The notes: generated by a model from the letters alone, not told the origin. 60,658 bases of DNA from an uncultured Rhodobacterales bacterium (GCA_964586735.1 CAZPIN010000144.1:1-60658); one strand, 5' to 3'. Counted from the stretch's first letter, positions 40,052-50,901 are shown. Numbers and translations are program-made.

Positions 40052-40884
40052 CAGTGGCCGGCGCGCCGCTTCCGGAGCCCTCTCTTGGCAAGCCGCCGCC
40101 GGCGCGGTCGTTCGTGCCGGAAATCGTGCCGCCCGCCAGCGGGGCGGCGGTGGACGTCTCCACGCATGCGCTCCGGGCGGATAACCTCCGCAAGTCGTTT
40201 CGCCGCAGGCCCGTCGTGCGCGGCGTGTCCGTAACGCTGCCGCGGGGCAAGGCGGTCGGCCTGCTTGGCCCCAACGGCGCGGGCAAAACCACCACCTTCA
40301 ACCTCATCGCCGGCCTGCTGCCGCTCGACGGCGGCCGGATCATGCTCAACGATACGGACGTGTCGGCACTGCCCATGTACCGCCGGGCGCGGCTGGGACT
40401 GGGCTACCTGCCCCAGGAGTCGTCGATCTTCCGCGGCCTCTCCGCCGAGGACAACATCCGCGCCATCCTCGAAATTACCGAGCGTGACCACCACCGGCGC
40501 GCCCAGATGCTCGACGAGCTGCTGGCGGAATTCTCGCTGACGCATCTGCGGCGGGCGGATTCGACGACGCTGTCCGGCGGAGAGCGGCGGCGGCTGGAAA
40601 TCGCGCGAAGCCTGGCGAGCCGGCCGGAGTTTCTGCTGCTCGACGAGCCCTTCGCCGGCGTCGACCCGAAATCAGTGAATGACATGCGGGATCTGGTCGC
40701 GCATCTGAAGGACCGCGGAATCGGCGTGCTGATCACCGACCACAACGCCCGCGACACGCTCAACATCGTCGACTGGGTCTACGTCATCACCGAGGGGGAA
40801 GTGCTCACGGAAGGCACGCCCGAGCAGGTCTCCTCCCACCCCGACGTCAAGCGGCTGTATCTGGGCGAGGGCTTCCTGCTGTAG
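40048..40884 (+). CDS. lptB: LPS export ABC ATPase
   Basis: GPNGAGKTT, GYLPQESSIFR, LSGGERRR, LLDEPFAGVDP, ITDHN, YLGE. Confidence 0.96.
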   Translation: MTVAGAPLPEPSLGKPPPARSFVPEIVPPASGAAVDVSTHALRADNLRKSFRRRPVVRGVSVTLPRGKAVGLLGPNGAGKTTTFNLIAGLLPLDGGRIMLNDTDVSALPMYRRARLGLGYLPQESSIFRGLSAEDNIRAILEITERDHHRRAQMLDELLAEFSLTHLRRADSTTLSGGERRRLEIARSLASRPEFLLLDEPFAGVDPKSVNDMRDLVAHLKDRGIGVLITDHNARDTLNIVDWVYVITEGEVLTEGTPEQVSSHPDVKRLYLGEGFLL

Positions 40885-40901
40885 CGCCGGCGGAGCCGCC
40901 C

Positions 40902-41651
40902 CTAGATGCAGCGGCCGCCGTCCACCTCTAGGGCGACTCCAGTGACGAACGCCGCGTCGTCGGAGGCCAGATAGGCCGCGGCCGCCGCCGTGTCCTCGAC
41001 CCGGCCCATCCGCCCCATCGGTATCGTGGCGACGAACCGCTCCCGGTTCTCCGGAGTGTCCGGGGCTCCCATGAACTTCTCCATCATGGGCGTCTCGGCC
41101 ATCACCGGGCACAGGGCGTTGACGCGGATTCCGTCGGGTGCCAGCTCCGCCGCCATGGACTTGGTCAGGGTGATTACCGCTCCCTTGCTGCCGTTGTACC
41201 AGGTGAGTCCCGGCCTCGGCCGCAGCCCGGCGGTGGAGGCAGTGTTGATGATGGCTCCGCCGCCGCCCGCCCGCATCACGGGCACCGCCTCCAGCGCGCT
41301 CAGATAGATCGACTTGACGTTGACGGCGTAGACCCGGTCGAAGGTCTCCTCGTCCACCTCCAGCATGGGCTGGTTGACGTGGGTGGTACCGGCGTTGTTG
41401 ACCAGAATGTCGAGGCCGCCGCACTGCTCCGTCGCCGTCCGCACCATCGCCGCCGCGTCCGCCCGCCGGGTCACGTCGGCGGCCACCGCCAGAGCCCGCT
41501 CGCCCAGCCGCTTCGCCTGCTCCTTGGCGCCATCGCCGTTGACGTCGGCCAGCACCACCCGCGCTCCCTCCGCGTAGAAGCGGGCAGCGATCGCCGCGCC
41601 AAAACCCGACGCCGCGCCGGTCACCACGGCCACCTTGCCTTCAAGCCTCAT
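40902..41651 (-). CDS. Short-chain dehydrogenase/reductase
   Basis: TGAASGFG, NNAG, YNGSK, GIRVNALCP. Confidence 0.93.
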   Translation of the reverse strand: MRLEGKVAVVTGAASGFGAAIAARFYAEGARVVLADVNGDGAKEQAKRLGERALAVAADVTRRADAAAMVRTATEQCGGLDILVNNAGTTHVNQPMLEVDEETFDRVYAVNVKSIYLSALEAVPVMRAGGGGAIINTASTAGLRPRPGLTWYNGSKGAVITLTKSMAAELAPDGIRVNALCPVMAETPMMEKFMGAPDTPENRERFVATIPMGRMGRVEDTAAAAAYLASDDAAFVTGVALEVDGGRCI

Positions 41652-41684
41652 GCCCTGTCTCCCCGCCGGCCGCCCCGCGCCGCG

Positions 41685-42281
41685 CTACAGAATCTCGAAG
41701 TGGGCCTCCGTCGGCGCGCCGGCCACGCCGTTGATGGGCAGGATGTCCTGCGGGCAGGCGGACATGGCCACCACGCAGTCCATCTCGGCGCGCAGCTCAA
41801 CGTAGTCTCCGGGCTTGGTGGTCGGCGGGTCGAAACTCAGGCCGCCCTCCGCCGTCCAGGGGATGTTCATGAACAGGTTCAGCGGCGGCGGCGTATGGGT
41901 CGCCTTGAGGCCCAGCGCATCGAGACCGCTGGCGAGGTTGTCGGCGCAGTTGTCGTGGTAACCGTCGACGCCCAGCAGGTGGTAGCGCCACTGGTCGCAG
42001 GCGGCCATCAGCGTGTCATGCGCTCCCGCCGAGGTGTCCTCGACAAGCGACAGAATCGGCCGGCGGCGGCATGTCACCAGCGAATCGCCAACCTTCGGCG
42101 CTATGCGCAGGTTGTAGGCGCGGGTGGCGTCCATCGCCATGTACTCCGCCATGTCCTCGGCGTTGAACGCCCAGGTGTCCACCACCTGCTCGCCATGGGT
42201 GTTGACGATGCGTATCCGCCGCCCCTTGGCCAGGCGAGCGGCGCGGCCCTGCCGCGCCGGTATGGTCTGCAGTCCCTCCAT
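41685..42281 (-). CDS. Urea-carboxylase-associated (DUF1989) family protein
   Basis: GEQVVDTWAF, HDTLMAAC, NCADNL, PLNLFMN, SACPQD. Confidence 0.88.
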   Translation of the reverse strand: MEGLQTIPARQGRAARLAKGRRIRIVNTHGEQVVDTWAFNAEDMAEYMAMDATRAYNLRIAPKVGDSLVTCRRRPILSLVEDTSAGAHDTLMAACDQWRYHLLGVDGYHDNCADNLASGLDALGLKATHTPPPLNLFMNIPWTAEGGLSFDPPTTKPGDYVELRAEMDCVVAMSACPQDILPINGVAGAPTEAHFEIL

Positions 42282-42361
42282 CGAATCCTCCCTGCCTCTT
42301 CCCTGTTTGCCGCCGCCATGCCACTCTGCCGCATGAAGCGCGGTTTGGGAAGGATAGCGCC

Positions 42362-43375
42362 ATGATCGACGCGGCCCTCATCCAGGACGCGGCCAAGCGC
42401 GTGGCCCGGGCCGGACTCGCCACCCCGGTGGCGCATTCGCCCAGCCTGTCCGGCACCGCCGGCGCCAGCGTACATCTCAAACTCGAGTGCCAACAGCCCA
42501 CCGGCTCCTTCAAGGTGCGCGGCGCCCTCAACTTCATGGAGCGGCTGTCGCCCGAGGAGCGCGGACGGGGCGTGGTCTGCTGCTCCACCGGCAACCACGG
42601 CAGGGCCGCCGCCCACATGGCGCAGGCCGCCTCCACCGAGGCCACCATCTGCCTGTCCAGCCGGGTGCCCGCCCACAAGGTCGAGGCGCTGCGGGCCGCG
42701 CCCGCCGCCCGCGTGGTTATCGCCGGTAACACGCAGGACGAGGCCCAGGAGGAGGTTGACCGTTTGGTCGCCGCCGAGGGCCTGGTCGAGGCGCCGCCGT
42801 TCGACCACCCCGACATCATCGCTGGCCAGGGCACGGTGGCCGTCGAGTTGCTGGAGGCGCTGCCGGACCTCGACCTGATCCTGACGCCCCTCTCCGGCGG
42901 CGGTCTCGCGGCCGGCATCGCCGCCGCCGTCAAGGCCCTGCGTCCAGACATGCGCGTGGTGGGCGTCAGCATGGAACGGGGCGCGGCGATGGCCGAAAGC
43001 ATCCGCGCCGGACATCTGGTGCCAGTCGAGGAGTATGCCACGCTCGCCGACGCCCTTGGCGGCGGACTGGGCGACTGCCTGTGGACCTGGCCGCTCTGCC
43101 GCGACCTGCTCGACGGGGTGGCGCTGGTCTCCGAGGCCGACATTTACCGTGCCATCCGGCATCTGTGGAAGAAGGACGGCGTGGTCGCCGAAGGAGCCGC
43201 CGCCGTGGGAGCCGCTGCGCTGCTGGCGGGAAAGGTGGAGGTCCGCGGTCCGGTTGCGGTGGTGGTGAGCGGCGGCAACATCGACCCCGACATCCACGCT
43301 CGAATCGCCGACGGGCTTCCCGTGCGGCTGGGGCCAGAAGGCGGCGAGGTCGAGATACGCGCCGATGGTCCCTGA
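42362..43375 (+). CDS. PLP-dependent dehydratase, EutB-like
   Basis: KLECQQPTGSFKVRGA, STGNHGRA, GNTQDEAQEEVDRLV, TLADALGGG. Confidence 0.85.
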   Translation: MIDAALIQDAAKRVARAGLATPVAHSPSLSGTAGASVHLKLECQQPTGSFKVRGALNFMERLSPEERGRGVVCCSTGNHGRAAAHMAQAASTEATICLSSRVPAHKVEALRAAPAARVVIAGNTQDEAQEEVDRLVAAEGLVEAPPFDHPDIIAGQGTVAVELLEALPDLDLILTPLSGGGLAAGIAAAVKALRPDMRVVGVSMERGAAMAESIRAGHLVPVEEYATLADALGGGLGDCLWTWPLCRDLLDGVALVSEADIYRAIRHLWKKDGVVAEGAAAVGAAALLAGKVEVRGPVAVVVSGGNIDPDIHARIADGLPVRLGPEGGEVEIRADGP

Positions 43376-43396
43376 GGGGGCGCTGCGGGTCCGTCC

Positions 43397-43735
43397 CTAG
43401 TCGCCGGGCCCCGGCTTGTCGGTGAAATACTTGTCGTACTTGCCCTCCTCGCCGTCGTGCTTGGGGGCGTCGGGCATCGGATCCTTCTTCATGGTGATGT
43501 TGGGCCAGGCTTCGGCAAACTTGGTGTTGATCTCCAGCCACTGCTCCAAACCTGGCTCGGTGTCCGGGCGAATCGCGTCCACCGGGCATTCGGGCTCGCA
43601 CACTCCGCAGTCGATGCACTCGTCGGGGTGGATGACCAGCATGTTCTCGCCCTCGTAGAAACAGTCTACGGGGCATACTTCTACGCAGTCGGTATGCTTG
43701 CACAAGATGCAGTTGTCGGTGACGATGTAGGTCAT
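43397..43735 (-). CDS. fdxA: 7Fe ferredoxin
   Basis: [41 protein letters not shown]. Confidence 0.96.
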   Translation of the reverse strand: MTYIVTDNCILCKHTDCVEVCPVDCFYEGENMLVIHPDECIDCGVCEPECPVDAIRPDTEPGLEQWLEINTKFAEAWPNITMKKDPMPDAPKHDGEEGKYDKYFTDKPGPGD

Positions 43736-43828
43736 GCGGTACCCGGCCGCCCGGTGATTCGGGCTGCTTGATGCTTGCTGCCTGCGGCCCCGCGGGGCCT
43801 GCCCCCTCCATTTAGAGTCCGGCGCCTG

Positions 43829-44899
43829 ATGATGCAAGCTAGCCCGTCTTCGCAGGACCCCCCGGCACCGCCGCTGCTGCGGGCGCTGGCCGGTCGCCGC
43901 GTCGATCCGCCGCCGCTTTGGCTGATGCGCCAGGCCGGACGCTACCTGCCGGAGTACCGCCGCCTGCGGGCCCGGGCCGGCAGCTTTCTCGACCTATGCT
44001 TTTCCCCGGACCTGGCCGCCGAAGTCACCCTGCAGCCGGTGCGCCGCTTTGGCATGGACGCCGCCATCGTTTTCGCCGACATCCTCCTCGTGCCCCTCGC
44101 CCTGGGGCAGCGGCTGGAGTTCGTCGAGGGCGAGGGACCGCGCCTCGACGCGCCGGACGACCCCGCCGACCTCTGCCGCCTCCCGTCGCCGGCCTTCGAC
44201 GAAACCCTCGCCCCGGTGGCCCAGACGCTGGCGCGGGCGCGCGCCGCGCTTGATTCGGACAGCGCGCTGGTGGGTTTCGCCGGGGCGCCGTGGACGGTGG
44301 CGACGTACATGGTCGCCGGGCGCGGCGACCGGGAGCCGGCCCTGGCCTGGCTGGCCAGGGATCCCGCCGGCTACGGGGCGCTTTCCGACATCCTTGTCGA
44401 TTCCACCGTCCGCTACCTCTCCAGCCAGGTCGATGCGGGCGCCCAGGCGCTGCAGCTGTTTGACAGCTGGGCGGGGGCGCTGCCGCCAGAAACCGTCCGC
44501 GCCGCCTGCATCGAGCCCGCCGCCGCCATCGTCGCCGGGATACGCCGGCGCCACCCGGACGTCCCCGTCATCGGCTTTCCCCGCGGCCTGGCCGCCGAGG
44601 ACTGCGCGGCCTACGCCCGCGAGACGGGCGTCGACGCCATCGCCCTCGACCAGTACCAGGACGCCGCGGCCATGCACGCTCTGCTGCCCGCCGGTCTCCC
44701 CGTCCAAGGCAACCTTGACCCGGCGCTGCTGGAGGGCGAGGGGGAGGGACTCGAGAAGAGCGCGGCGCGAATCGTCGAAGCCTTCCACGCCCGCCCGCAT
44801 GTCTTCAACCTGGGCCACGGCATCCGTCCGGCCGCCCGGCCCGAAAACGTCCAGCGGCTGGTCGCCGCCGTACGCGCCGGCAGGGAGTCCACGCCATGA
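43829..44899 (+). CDS. hemE: Uroporphyrinogen decarboxylase
   Basis: [37 protein letters not shown]. Confidence 0.96.
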   Translation: MMQASPSSQDPPAPPLLRALAGRRVDPPPLWLMRQAGRYLPEYRRLRARAGSFLDLCFSPDLAAEVTLQPVRRFGMDAAIVFADILLVPLALGQRLEFVEGEGPRLDAPDDPADLCRLPSPAFDETLAPVAQTLARARAALDSDSALVGFAGAPWTVATYMVAGRGDREPALAWLARDPAGYGALSDILVDSTVRYLSSQVDAGAQALQLFDSWAGALPPETVRAACIEPAAAIVAGIRRRHPDVPVIGFPRGLAAEDCAAYARETGVDAIALDQYQDAAAMHALLPAGLPVQGNLDPALLEGEGEGLEKSAARIVEAFHARPHVFNLGHGIRPAARPENVQRLVAAVRAGRESTP

Positions 44900-45339
44900 C
44901 CCCGTTCCTGCTTGAAGCCTATCCCTGGGTGAAAAGCCTGCACATCGTCGCCGTCATCTCATGGATGGCGGGACTGCTCTATCTGCCGCGGCTGTTCGTC
45001 TACCACGTCGGCGCCGAACCGGCCGTGGCGCGGACGCTGGAGGTCATGGAGCAACGTCTTCTGCGGGCCATCATGGCCCCGGCGATGCTGGCGGTCTGGG
45101 CGCTGGGCATCCTGCTGGCCTTCACGCCGGGCGCCGTCGACTGGAGCGCGGGCTGGTTTCACGCCAAGCTGCTGCTGGTGATGCTGCTCACCGTCTTCCA
45201 CATGCTGTGCGCGCGCTGGCGGAAGGACCTTCTAGCGCCGGACCATCGCCGGACGCAGCGCTTCTACCGAATCGCCAACGAAGTCCCCACCGTACTGATG
45301 GTCGCCATCGTCCTGCTGGTGGTGGCGAAGCCGTTCTAG
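44896..45339 (+). CDS. hemJ: Protoporphyrinogen oxidase HemJ
   Basis: HIVAVISWMAGLLYLPRLFVYH, RIANEVPT..KPF. Confidence 0.96.
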   Translation: MTPFLLEAYPWVKSLHIVAVISWMAGLLYLPRLFVYHVGAEPAVARTLEVMEQRLLRAIMAPAMLAVWALGILLAFTPGAVDWSAGWFHAKLLLVMLLTVFHMLCARWRKDLLAPDHRRTQRFYRIANEVPTVLMVAIVLLVVAKPF

Positions 45340-45341
45340 CC

Positions 45342-46625
45342 TCAGGCATTCATCGACTTGAAAAACTCGTCGTTGTTCTTGGTCTTCTTGATCTTGGGAA
45401 TCAGGAACTCGATGGCGTCCACGGTGGTCATCGGATTGAGGATGCGCCGCAGGACGAACATCTTGGTGAGATTGTCCTTGTCCACCAGCAGCTCCTCCTT
45501 GCGGGTGCCCGAGCGGAGTATGTCGATGGCGGGGAAGACCCGCTTGTCGGCCACCTTGCGGTCCAGAATGATCTCCGAGTTGCCGGTTCCCTTGAACTCC
45601 TCGAAGATCACCTCGTCCATCCGCGAGCCGGTGTCGATCAGCGCGGTGGCGATGATGGTCAGCGAACCGCCTTCCTCGATGTTGCGCGCCGGCCCGAAAA
45701 ACCGCGTCGGCCGCTGCAGGGCGTTGGCGTCGACGCCGCCCGTCAGCACCTTGCCGGAGCTTGGCACCACCGTGTTGTAGGCCCGGCCCAGCCTGGTGAT
45801 CGAGTCGAGCAGGATCACCACGTCGCGGCCGTGCTCGGTGAGCCGCTTGGCCTTTTCGATCACCACCTCGGCAATCTGCACGTGGCGCGCCGCCGGCTCG
45901 TCGAACGTCGAGCTGATCACCTCGCCCTGCACGGAGCGTTGCATGTCGGTGACTTCCTCGGGCCGCTCGTCGATCAGCAGCACGATCAGCGCGCATTCGG
46001 GGTGGTTAGCTGTGATGGAGTGGGCGATGTTCTGCAGCAGCACCGTCTTGCCGGTGCGGGGCGGGGCCACGATCAGCCCTCTCTGCCCCTTTCCAAGTGG
46101 AGCCACCAGATCGATGACGCGGGCGCTCAGGTCCGTGCTGCCCGGGTCCTCGAACTCCATGCGCAGCTGGGCGTCGGGATACAGCGGCGTGAGATTGTCA
46201 AAGTGCACCCGCTGCCGCAGGCTCTCCGGGTCGTCGTCGTTGACCGTGTTGGCCTTGAGCAGCGCGAAGTAGCGCTCGCCCTCCTTGGGCGCCCGTATCT
46301 GGCCGTCGACGGCGTCGCCCGTACGCAGCCCGAAGCGGCGGATGTGGGATGGGCTGACGTAGATGTCGTCCGGGCCGGCGAGGTAGTTGGACTCCTTCGA
46401 GCGCAGGAACCCGAAGCCGTCCTGAAGCACGTCCAGCGTGCCGCCGCCGCTGATCTCGACGCCCCGCTCGGCGAGGGTCTTGAGAATGGCGAACATCATG
46501 TCCTGCTTGCGCATAAGGCCGGCGTTCTCGACCTCGAGATCCTCGGCCGCGTGCAGCAGTTCGGCGGCAGATTTCCGCTTGAGTTCCTCCAAGCGGATTT
46601 CCTTGGCCTCTAGCAATGAATCCAT
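45342..46625 (-). CDS. rho: Transcription termination factor Rho
   Basis: [43 protein letters not shown]. Confidence 0.98.
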   Translation of the reverse strand: MDSLLEAKEIRLEELKRKSAAELLHAAEDLEVENAGLMRKQDMMFAILKTLAERGVEISGGGTLDVLQDGFGFLRSKESNYLAGPDDIYVSPSHIRRFGLRTGDAVDGQIRAPKEGERYFALLKANTVNDDDPESLRQRVHFDNLTPLYPDAQLRMEFEDPGSTDLSARVIDLVAPLGKGQRGLIVAPPRTGKTVLLQNIAHSITANHPECALIVLLIDERPEEVTDMQRSVQGEVISSTFDEPAARHVQIAEVVIEKAKRLTEHGRDVVILLDSITRLGRAYNTVVPSSGKVLTGGVDANALQRPTRFFGPARNIEEGGSLTIIATALIDTGSRMDEVIFEEFKGTGNSEIILDRKVADKRVFPAIDILRSGTRKEELLVDKDNLTKMFVLRRILNPMTTVDAIEFLIPKIKKTKNNDEFFKSMNA

Positions 46626-46727
46626 TGGTGATTCCCAGTACGGAGGTCCAGAGCGGACAGCCGAGAATGGAAAGGAAGGGTGGAACGAGTCCGTGGGCGG
46701 CGCGCGCGGCGCCGCCTTGACGATGTC

Positions 46728-46756
46728 AATATATGCCAGACGCGTCCATTTGTAAA
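46728..46756 (-). promoter_or_regulatory. Sigma70-type promoter for rho
   Basis: TTTACA-17 nt-TATATT on the minus strand. Confidence 0.6.
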
Positions 46757-46776
46757 GCCGTCAGCCTTCGATGGCG

Positions 46777-47757
46777 TCAAGGCGCCAGGACAAGAGAGCC
46801 CTTCGTGGTGCGGGATTCGAGAAGCTCGTGCGCTGCCCGGGCCTCGGCAAGGGGCATCGGCTCCTGGCGGCGGATGCGAATCGTCCCGCCCTGCACCAGC
46901 CCCAGGAACTCGCCGGATGCCGCCAGCAGCCGCTCCCTCGTGGGAATGAACGCCGCAAGGGTCGGGCGGGTAACCATCAGCGACCCCTTCTGGGCCAGCA
47001 CCCCCAGGCTGAACGGCGGCACGGCGCCCGACGCGTTGCCGAAGCTGACCATCAGCCCCCTCGGCGCAAGGCAGCCGAGCGAGCGCTCGAAGGTCGAGGC
47101 GCCGACCGAGTCAAACACCACCGGCACGCCCTTGCCGTCGGTAATCTCGCGCACCCGCGCCACCAGGTCCTCCTGGTCGTAGAGCACCGTGTGGGTGCAG
47201 CCATGCTGGCGGGCGATTTCGGCCTTCTCCTCCGAGCCGACCGTGCCGATGACCGTGGCGCCCAGCTCCCGCAGCCACTGCATGGCGATCAGGCCGACGC
47301 CGCCGGCCGCGGCGTGAAACACCACGGTCTCGTCCGCCGCCACCGGATGGATCTGCCGAATCAGGTACTGCACCGTCAGCCCCTTCAGCAGGCACGCCGC
47401 CGCGTCGGCCTCGGAGACGTCGTCCGGCAGGGGCACCAGCGAATCGGCCTTGACCGCATGCGCGTCGGCGTAGGCGCCAATCGGGCCCGAGCAGTAGGCG
47501 ACGCGGTCGCCCTCCTTCACCGCCTCGACGCCCTCGCCCACCGCCTCCACCCGGCCGGCAGCCTCCAGTCCCAGGCCGCTGGGAAGCTCCACCGGATACA
47601 GTCCCGTGCGGTGATAGGTGTCGATAAAGTTGACGCCGATGGCGGCGTGGCGCACCACCGCCTGGCCGGGGCCCGGCGCGGGGTCGTCCTTCTCGGCCAG
47701 GCGGATCACCTCCGGGCCTCCAAAGCTGTCAAACTGAACGGTGCGGCAGGTGCCCAT
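46777..47757 (-). CDS. qor: NADPH:quinone oxidoreductase (zeta-crystallin family)
   Basis: GVNFIDTYHRTGLY, HAAAGGVG, SFGNASG, KGSLMVTRP; AAGGAGG RBS. Confidence 0.93.
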   Translation of the reverse strand: MGTCRTVQFDSFGGPEVIRLAEKDDPAPGPGQAVVRHAAIGVNFIDTYHRTGLYPVELPSGLGLEAAGRVEAVGEGVEAVKEGDRVAYCSGPIGAYADAHAVKADSLVPLPDDVSEADAAACLLKGLTVQYLIRQIHPVAADETVVFHAAAGGVGLIAMQWLRELGATVIGTVGSEEKAEIARQHGCTHTVLYDQEDLVARVREITDGKGVPVVFDSVGASTFERSLGCLAPRGLMVSFGNASGAVPPFSLGVLAQKGSLMVTRPTLAAFIPTRERLLAASGEFLGLVQGGTIRIRRQEPMPLAEARAAHELLESRTTKGSLVLAP

Positions 47758-47831
47758 GGCGGTCGCCTCCTTGTGGTCGTGGCGGGTACGTCCCGGCAAT
47801 GGTATCGACTTGCCGGGACGGGAGAACGGGA

Positions 47832-49169
47832 ATGGCCAGACGCGCAGGCGAACGACCGGAAACCATTTTCGCCCGGGCGTCGGGCCAGGGCAAATCGGGC
47901 GTCGCGGTTTACCGCGTGTCGGGCCCCGACGCGCTGGAGGGACTGCGCCTGCTGACGGCGTCGGACCTGCCTCCGCCGCGGCGCATCGCCCGCCGCGACC
48001 TGAAGGACCCCGCCAGCGGAGACATCATCGACCAGGCGATGGTGGCGGTGTTTCCGGCGCCGAACAGTTTCACGGGCGAGGACGTAGTCGAGCTGCACGC
48101 GCACGGAAGCCTCGGCGTCGAGCGGCGCCTTGTCACGACTCTGTCGAGCCTGCCCGGCCACCGCCTTGCCGAAGCCGGAGAATTCACCCGCCGGGCGTTT
48201 GAGAAGGGCCGCCTTGACCTCAACCAGGTGGAGGGGCTGGCGGACCTGATCGACGCCGAATCCGACGCCCAGCGCCGCCTGGCCCTGCGCAGCCTCGCCG
48301 GCGAGGCGACCGACGCCGCCGTCGCCTGGCGCGAGGAGATGCTGACCGCCCTTGCCCTGGTGGAGGCGGCGGTGGATTTTGCCGACGAAGGCGAGGACAC
48401 GGCAGGCTACAGGGCAGGGACCGTTGGACCGCTGGGCGGCGTGGCGGAGGCAATTCGGCGTGAAATCGCCGGCAGCGGCGCAACCGAACGGCTGCGCGGC
48501 GGTCTCGAGGTGGCCGTAGTCGGCCCGACAAACTCCGGCAAGTCACTGCTGGTCAACCAGCTGGCCGGACGGGACATGGCCCTGTCCACTCCGGTGCCAG
48601 GCACGACTCGCGACATCATCGAAGCCCACCTCGAAATTGGCGGACTCCCCGTCACCGTGCTGGACACCGCCGGCCTGCGCGACACCAACGACCCGGTGGA
48701 GAAGGCCGGTCTGGAGAAGGCGCACTGGCGGGCGCGGCATGCCGACCTCCGGGTGCACGTGACCGCGCCCGACGTCGAGACTGGCGACGCCATGCCATGG
48801 AGCGAAGGCGACATCGCCGTACACAACAAGAGCGACCTTGGCAGCTACCGCCCAAAGGATGGAGCCATCGCGGTATCGGCGAAAACCGGCGACGGACTGG
48901 ACGCGCTGGTGGCCGCCATCGGCGAGCGTCTGGCCTGGGTGGGCGAAACGGCGTCGCCGATAGTGGCCAGCGAGCGCCGTCGGACCGCACTTGGCGTCTG
49001 CGCCGAAGAGCTGAGCAGCGTCCTTGCCCTCCTGAACGAAGACGGCGCGGCCGAGATTGTCGCCGAGCATCTGCGCCGGGCGCTGCGCGAGCTGGAGCGG
49101 TACGCCGGGCGCGTCGACGCGGAGGATGTGCTGGATGTGATCTTTTCGCGGTTTTGCCTGGGCAAGTAG
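47832..49169 (+). CDS. mnmE: tRNA modification GTPase
   Basis: PNSFTGED, GEFTRRAF, GPTNSGKS, GTTRD, DTAG, FSRFCLGK. Confidence 0.97.
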   Translation: MARRAGERPETIFARASGQGKSGVAVYRVSGPDALEGLRLLTASDLPPPRRIARRDLKDPASGDIIDQAMVAVFPAPNSFTGEDVVELHAHGSLGVERRLVTTLSSLPGHRLAEAGEFTRRAFEKGRLDLNQVEGLADLIDAESDAQRRLALRSLAGEATDAAVAWREEMLTALALVEAAVDFADEGEDTAGYRAGTVGPLGGVAEAIRREIAGSGATERLRGGLEVAVVGPTNSGKSLLVNQLAGRDMALSTPVPGTTRDIIEAHLEIGGLPVTVLDTAGLRDTNDPVEKAGLEKAHWRARHADLRVHVTAPDVETGDAMPWSEGDIAVHNKSDLGSYRPKDGAIAVSAKTGDGLDALVAAIGERLAWVGETASPIVASERRRTALGVCAEELSSVLALLNEDGAAEIVAEHLRRALRELERYAGRVDAEDVLDVIFSRFCLGK

Positions 49170-49288
49170 ATTGGACATTGAGGTCTCCCGCAGCGTGGAC
49201 CGGACGGCGTAGCCCGCAATCCGGTATGGTGCCGCGGCTCGTGCCGGAGATGCTGGCAAGCGTCGCGTCTCGAACGGTGGAGGAAAAA

Positions 49289-50074
49289 GTGATTGATCGG
49301 GCGACCCTTGCACGTGTAGACCGGACCACCACAAGCGGTCGAACCCGGCCTGTAGTGGCTCAGTGCTCTTCGGTAGACGGTGATGTCGAAATCGTCCTGA
49401 AACCCTCGAAGGGCTGCGAACTTGGCGAGGCAAGCCTTGCACGCGAAGCAGTCGCCGCGCTTCTGGCCAGCGACTTGGGACAGCCGGCACCTCAGCCATG
49501 GCTGGTGGATATGCCGGAAGAAGCCATTGCCGCCGTACAGGATCCTCAGATTGCCGATCGACTTCGATGCAGCAGCAAGGTGGCATTTGGCAGCACCTTC
49601 CAAACGGGATTCGGAATCTGGCAACCTGACCAGCAGATCACCGAGTCGATGATGCCGCTGGCCGCCGAAATCCTGCTGTTTGATGCGATCATTCAGAATC
49701 CAGATCGGCGCGTGGGCAACCCAAACTGCTTGCTCATGAACGATGAACTGAGAATTATTGATCACGAGATGGCATTTTCGCACCATCAGGTGATATTATG
49801 GAAGCCCCCATGGATACCAGAAGGACTGAAACACATCGGAAACCCCGGCTTTCACGTCTTTGTTGGCCATCTCAAGGGGGTTCGCATCGACTTCAGCCAA
49901 GCCAAAGACCGATGGGAGAGCTTGACAGACTCCCGCCTTCAGGAGTATAAGGAAGCTGTCCCGGACGAATGGTCGGCGGCTGGCAGCGATGTTGACGCCG
50001 CTGTTGCCTTAATCGCCGAGGCAAGAGACAACATTGACTCCTGTATCGGAGAGCTGCGGGGGATACTGAAATGA
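49289..50074 (+). CDS. HipA-like (PI3/4-kinase fold) kinase
   Basis: SGRTRP, VLK, LAREAVAALLA..LG, FDAIIQNPDRR..NPNCL, IIDHEMAF; GGAGG RBS before the GTG. Confidence 0.85.
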   Translation: MIDRATLARVDRTTTSGRTRPVVAQCSSVDGDVEIVLKPSKGCELGEASLAREAVAALLASDLGQPAPQPWLVDMPEEAIAAVQDPQIADRLRCSSKVAFGSTFQTGFGIWQPDQQITESMMPLAAEILLFDAIIQNPDRRVGNPNCLLMNDELRIIDHEMAFSHHQVILWKPPWIPEGLKHIGNPGFHVFVGHLKGVRIDFSQAKDRWESLTDSRLQEYKEAVPDEWSAAGSDVDAAVALIAEARDNIDSCIGELRGILK

Positions 50075-50901
50075 GCAACCAAGAACCCTACTCCTACGTA
50101 GTGCTTCGCTACGTCCACGATGTTCTGCGGGGGGAGTTCATGAACGCAGGCATCGTCATGTTTGCTCCCGCCAGCAGAAGAGTCCTGGCGAAATTCAACC
50201 CCGTAGCCAAGAGATTCAAGCAGGTATTTCCTGACCTCAAGATTCGCGCTTACACGAGCGCCATTGACAATATGACTCGGGGCATGCAGCGAGTCGCGCA
50301 AGAGATCAGGGAGAACGAAGGAGGCCAAGATTGCAAGACAGCCCTGGATTGCGCAGTACGCGTGCTGCCAATGGATGACAGCGCGCTGCAGTGGTCACAT
50401 GTTGGGTATGGCATTACCCCGAATGTGGAGCAGACCCTCGACCAACTCTACGGCCGTTTTGTCGCCCAGTGCGACAAGCAGGAGAAGAAACGGCAAATCA
50501 GCGACACCAGCGTCTGGCAGGGCGTCGCGGGCGAAATCAGGAAGCAAAAGGTGAAGATTGACCTGAAACCGGTTTGCATTAAGGGACATGCAGACGAAGT
50601 AGAGTTTCGCCGCGCTTGGAAAAATGGCAGCTGGCAGGCGTACGAGCCCCTGTCCTTCGACCTGTCCGCCGATGGCATCAAGGACAAGGCACGGAAGGTG
50701 CTTGGCCAGCTGACGGCCGTAAAGGATGGAGCGAAGGAAGACGTGCACGTGCACTTCATCGTGGGGAAACCTCAGACGAAGTCCTTGATCGGCGTGTACG
50801 AGAATGCCTTGGATATCCTCGATCATGTACCGTTTGAGCACGACATATACGAGGAAAGCCAGTTGGACAAAGTCGTTCAAACCATGAAGGTAGCGGACTG
50901 A
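50071..50901 (+). CDS. DUF3037-type protein, copy 1
   Basis: YSYVVLRYVHDVLRGEFMNAGIV N-terminal signature; ATGA overlap with the kinase. Confidence 0.82.
   Translation: MSNQEPYSYVVLRYVHDVLRGEFMNAGIVMFAPASRRVLAKFNPVAKRFKQVFPDLKIRAYTSAIDNMTRGMQRVAQEIRENEGGQDCKTALDCAVRVLPMDDSALQWSHVGYGITPNVEQTLDQLYGRFVAQCDKQEKKRQISDTSVWQGVAGEIRKQKVKIDLKPVCIKGHADEVEFRRAWKNGSWQAYEPLSFDLSADGIKDKARKVLGQLTAVKDGAKEDVHVHFIVGKPQTKSLIGVYENALDILDHVPFEHDIYEESQLDKVVQTMKVAD

Noticed and set aside
48797-49288. N-terminal extension of the kinase ORF overlapping mnmE
   Set aside because: Arg-rich off-frame sequence; a GGAGG-preceded GTG at 49289 is the better start
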